A stretch of 63,804 nucleotides of DNA, counting the filler, from Octopus bimaculoides (lineage: Eukaryota): the NCBI RefSeq assembly GCF_001194135.2. It is 7 parts of 6 records of this genome, joined end to end, with 100 filler letters (N's around TTAATTAATTAA, not from the genome) between each part and the next. Parts side by side here need not be neighbours in the genome. Positions count along the whole stretch, not along the records: positions 59,007 to 63,804 come from NW_026324511.1; 6 more parts are not named here. One strand, written 5' to 3'. The notes below the pieces were generated by a model that searched no databases, was not told where the DNA came from, and saw only the letters and a list, made by a program, of their open reading frames with translations. The translations under genes were made by a program, and so were the position numbers. Within the stretch, counting starts at the first letter, position 1, and the number at the start of each line of letters is the position of its first letter. Shown here piece by piece: positions 59,510 to 63,804 of this stretch.

Positions 59510-62500
59510 NNNNNNNNNNNNNNNNNNNNNNNNNNNNNNNNNNNNNNNNNNNNNNNNNNNNNNNNNNNNNNNNNNNNNNNNNNNNNNNNNNNNNNNNNNN
59601 NNNNNNNNNNNNNNNNNNNNNNNNNNNNNNNNNNNNNNNNNNNNNNNNNNNNNNNNNNNNNNNNNNNNNNNNNNNNNNNNNNNNNNNNNNNNNNNNNNNN
59701 NNNNNNNNNNNNNNNNNNNNNNNNNNNNNNNNNNNNNNNNNNNNNNNNNNNNNNNNNNNNNNNNNNNNNNNNNNNNNNNNNNNNNNNNNNNNNNNNNNNN
59801 NNNNNNNNNNNNNNNNNNNNNNNNNNNNNNNNNNNNNNNNNNNNNNNNNNNNNNNNNNNNNNNNNNNNNNNNNNNNNNNNNNNNNNNNNNNNNNNNNNNN
59901 NNNNNNNNNNNNNNNNNNNNNNNNNNNNNNNNNNNNNNNNNNNNNNNNNNNNNNNNNNNNNNNNNNNNNNNNNNNNNNNNNNNNNNNNNNNNNNNNNNNN
60001 NNNNNNNNNNNNNNNNNNNNNNNNNNNNNNNNNNNNNNNNNNNNNNNNNNNNNNNNNNNNNNNNNNNNNNNNNNNNNNNNNNNNNNNNNNNNNNNNNNNN
60101 NNNNNNNNNNNNNNNNNNNNNNNNNNNNNNNNNNNNNNNNNNNNNNNNNNNNNNNNNNNNNNNNNNNNNNNNNNNNNNNNNNNNNNNNNNNNNNNNNNNN
60201 NNNNNNNNNNNNNNNNNNNNNNNNNNNNNNNNNNNNNNNNNNNNNNNNNNNNNNNNNNNNNNNNNNNNNNNNNNNNNNNNNNNNNNNNNNNNNNNNNNNN
60301 NNNNNNNNNNNNNNNNNNNNNNNNNNNNNNNNNNNTATATATATATATATGTATATGTATGTATATATGTGTGTGTGTGTGTATGTGTGTCATACTAAAA
60401 ATAACATATACATATATAGATATGTACACTCATAGCCGCATGCGCTTTTCTATGTGCGTTAGTCAAGCCAAATACATTCTATAGGATCTTACATACCTTA
60501 TTTAGTCAGTTGAGAAAATTCCATTACGTTTATCTCAGTAATTAGTAGTGAAAAATCTCGTCTGTTAATGCTTAAAACCTGAAAACGACAAATAAGGGAG
60601 ATAATTCAATGTAAGGTCTCGAATTTTGGTACAAGGCTAGCTGTTTTAGGGGCAGGAGGTTAGTCGATTACATCGATCCCCGGGATATTACTGGTACTTA
60701 TTTTATGAACCCCAAAAGGACGAAAGGCAATCTCGACCTCGGAAGAATTTGAATTCAGAACGTATAGAGCCGGAAGAAATGCCATTAAAATTGTTTAAAT
60801 ATAACAATTGAAATTATTTAGAAAATATTTAATATGTTTTATGTTAGTTTATCTGTTCTTTCAGCCAACTACTAACAGTATGGACATGTTTCGGATTTAT
60901 TACACCTCCTCGGTGAAGCATATGCTTCATTGCGCTGTCATCCTAGCAAATTTAGACGAAACTTCTATATCAGTGCCGCTTTTTATTTCCATTGTCTTCC
61001 GTCTAATCATATTTTCGCCCTTCTTTCATATTTTTTCAATTCCTTCTCCACTTTTATCCTTTTCTCTTTGTATTATATCTTTATTCCGAATTTTGTTTGT
61101 CTTCTTTATTTGACGCCATCTTTATCTTATTTTTGTCCTTATTCTCTCTCTTTTTTTCTACTTCTCACTTGTATCTGCTCTTTTAAATAAGTTCTCCTCG
61201 TCCTCCTCTTTCTTTCCTTTCTCCTTCTTCACCTGCTTCTCTTTCTTCCTCCTTCCCCCCTGCTCTTCATGTCTTCTGTTCAGAGACAGATTCATTCGTT
61301 CCTGTTTTTTTCCCCCTTTGTAAACGTTATAATTGCTGAATAAATAATTACTGAATTCTTCAAAATTGGAACAAAATTTGAAATCGAAAATTTGAAATGA
61401 ATACCAAAAAATGATAATAAATAAATTATCAAATGACTAAAATAACAAATGAAACCAAAATCAATTCCGCTGGATAGATCAAGTATTGGCATACCAACTC
61501 CCAGTTTCCAATTTCAAACCCAACATACAAATTGTTTTGTAATTTGTTTCAATTTTTGTCGTGAGCAGGCGCGAGGCTTAGTGGTTAGAGATTAAATTCA
61601 AGATCGCATGATTGTACATCCGAAGTAAAATGCTTATTAAGTTCGGTGTATTAATCACCGATTTCGATTCCCAGACCGGGCGTTGTGAGTGTTTATTGAG
61701 CGAAAACACCTAAAAGCTCCACGAGGCTCCGACAGGGGATGGTGGCGAACCCTGCTGTAACTCTTTCACCACAACTTTCTCTCACTCTTTCTTCCTGTTT
61801 CTGTTGTGCCTGTAATTCAAAGGGCCAGCCTTGTCACACTGTGTCACGCTGAATATCCCCGAGAACTACGTTAAGGGTNNNNNNNNNNNNNNNNNNNNNN
61901 NNNNNNNNNNNNNNNNNNNNNNNNNNNNNNNNNNNNNNNNNNNNNNNNNNNNNNNNNNNNNNNNNNNNNNNNNNNNNNNNNNNNNNNNNNNNNNNNNNNN
62001 NNNNNNNNNNNNNNNNNNNNNNNNNNNNNNNNNNNNNNNNNNNNNNNNNNNNNNNNNNNNNNNNNNNNNNNNNNNNNNNNNNNNNNNNNNNNNNNNNNNN
62101 NNNNNNNNNNNNNNNNNNNNNNNNNNNNNNNNNNNNNNNNNNNNNNNNNNNNNNNNNNNNNNNNNNNNNNNNNNNNNNNNNNNNNNNNNNNNNNNNNNNN
62201 NNNNNNNNNNNNNNNNNNNNNNNNNNNNNNNNNNNNNNNNNNNNNNNNNNNNNNNNNNNNNNNNNNNNNNNNNNNNNNNNNNNNNNNNNNNNNNNNNNNN
62301 NNNNNNNNNNNNNNNNNNNNNNNNNNNNNNNNNNNNNNNNNNNNNNNNNNNNNNNNNNNNNNNNNNNNNNNNNNNNNNNNNNNNNNNNNNNNNNNNNNNN
62401 NNNNNNNNNNNNNNNNNNNNNNNNNNNNNNNNNNNNNNNNNNNNNNNNNNNNNNNNNNNNNNNNNNNNNNNNNNNNNNNNNNNNNNNNNNNNNNNNNNNN

Positions 62501-62688
62501 NNNNNNNNNNNNNNNNNNNNNNNNNNNNNNNNNNNNNNNNNNNNNNNNNNNNNNNNNNNNNNNNNNNNNNNNNNNNNNNNNNNNNNNNNNNNNNNNNNNN
62601 NNNNNNNNNNNNNNNNNNNNNNNNNNNNNNNNNNNNNNNNNNNNNNNNNNNNNNNNNNNNNNNNNNNNNNNNNNNNNNNNNNNNNNNA

Positions 62689-62975
62689 TCACAGCATGTG
62701 GCATCCCAGATAAGAGCCTACTCTTACAGAACGGGAAAACTGTCATACCGTCCGGCCTTTTGCTCTAACCCCAAGGGCTCTAGCCTTAATCTAGCCCTAA
62801 GGGCTCCAGCTGGGAAGTGAAGCCTGCGGTTTCTAGACCTTACTTTATGATCTTGTTAAGGGCGGCATGACGAGGTGGGCGGCCAGCAGTATAATAGCAT
62901 AATAACGGGTGGAACCCGACAGAATCCACAGTGGATACGCAGCAGGTCACATGAGGTTCAGGCTTCTTATGTGAG
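62689..62975 (-). pseudogene. CRE-clade non-LTR retrotransposon zinc-finger/RLE fragment
   Basis: PHVTCCVSTVDSVGFHPLLCYYTAGRPPRHAALNKIIK*GLETAGFTSQLEPLGL..RPDGMTVFP..(I)WDATCCD. Confidence 0.8.
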
Positions 62976-63417
62976 AGAGTGAGAAACTGGGTGGTGGGGG
63001 TATATGTTAGTGCGTGTGCACCTCAGTGTGTGTGTGTTTTTGTATGTGTGCGTGCGTGTGTGTCTATGTGTGTGCGTGTGTGTGTGTGTGTTTGTACTAG
63101 AGGAAAATTCAATAGAGCCAGGAATTTGGCCAAACGCATGTCAATCGTAGGAGCCAGCGATCGAAAGTAAATACCTTCTACAGCATACTATATAACAAAC
63201 ATACTTAGTAGAAAGAGAATGAAGCGAACGAGCGGTAGTGTCCGAGAAAATCATTAATTTCATATTTTCATTGTCGTACCTCCAACAATCTGACAAATAG
63301 GAATATGATGTACGATGCATTCCCTTGTATATCTCTGCTCAAATTATTAAAAAAGCAATATGGGAAACTACTTACACATAAACACACTAACTCACATCCA
63401 CACCCACACATCTATGG

Positions 63418-63451
<34 letters not shown>

Positions 63452-63804
63452 ACAATAACAATAATAATAAGGATTATTACGAAGTTGCATAGCGTCACTT
63501 TTAATTCTTTTAATATATATACATATATATATGTATATATATATATATATATATACATACACATACGCATATATATATACATGTATATACATACATGAGA
63601 GCACCTGTATTTCGCATATTTTAATGTTAAGTTACTGAGACAAAAGAAATATTGGTTCTGGTTTTATCTTACAGCGCAAAAGGACCCTCATGCGGAATCG
63701 ATTATTTCAACTCATGTTTTAAGAATAACTTTGCAGCTGTTTTTCGTATATGTATCCAAATATGAAAAATAATGCATACATACATACATACATACATACA
63801 TACA

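Noticed and set aside
914-62820. Long ORFs containing X runs or HT/CV/YI/N/L homopolymer-like repeats
   Set aside because: Artefacts of N gaps and microsatellites; no domain content

Overview
Repeat-rich, gap-rich eukaryotic genomic DNA, most likely a coleoid cephalopod (Octopus-type). That is inferred from the dense (TA)n/(CA)n/(AAT)n microsatellites and the recurring tRNA-derived SINE families; no database search was possible. The only host gene I can support is invisible to the ORF track. It is six phase-compatible plus-strand exons (2753-2813, 5663-5768, 7314-7413, 9098-9201, 9631-9725, 11289-gap) that splice into about 166 aa of the C-terminal motor/converter region of an unconventional myosin most like Drosophila Dachs, with degenerate motor motifs. 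The rest is transposon debris: at least six SINE-like families (my labels A-G), a Gmr1-like Ty3/Gypsy element with tRNA-Pro PBS, a 58-bp mini-LTR and two in-frame deletions, several Penelope-like fragments with minimal hammerhead-ribozyme motifs, three different RLE-endonuclease non-LTR fragments, CR1 and L1/Tx1 remnants, mariner/Tigger MITEs and foldback elements. Six TTAATTAATTAA linkers in 100-bp N blocks are assembly artefacts, so continuity across them is unproven. All family assignments rest on recalled consensus motifs and need confirmation. I found no clearly new biological system. The best leads are the degenerate Dachs-like myosin bracketed by alternating inverted repeats, the dimer-type hammerheads, and the streamlined Gmr1-like element.
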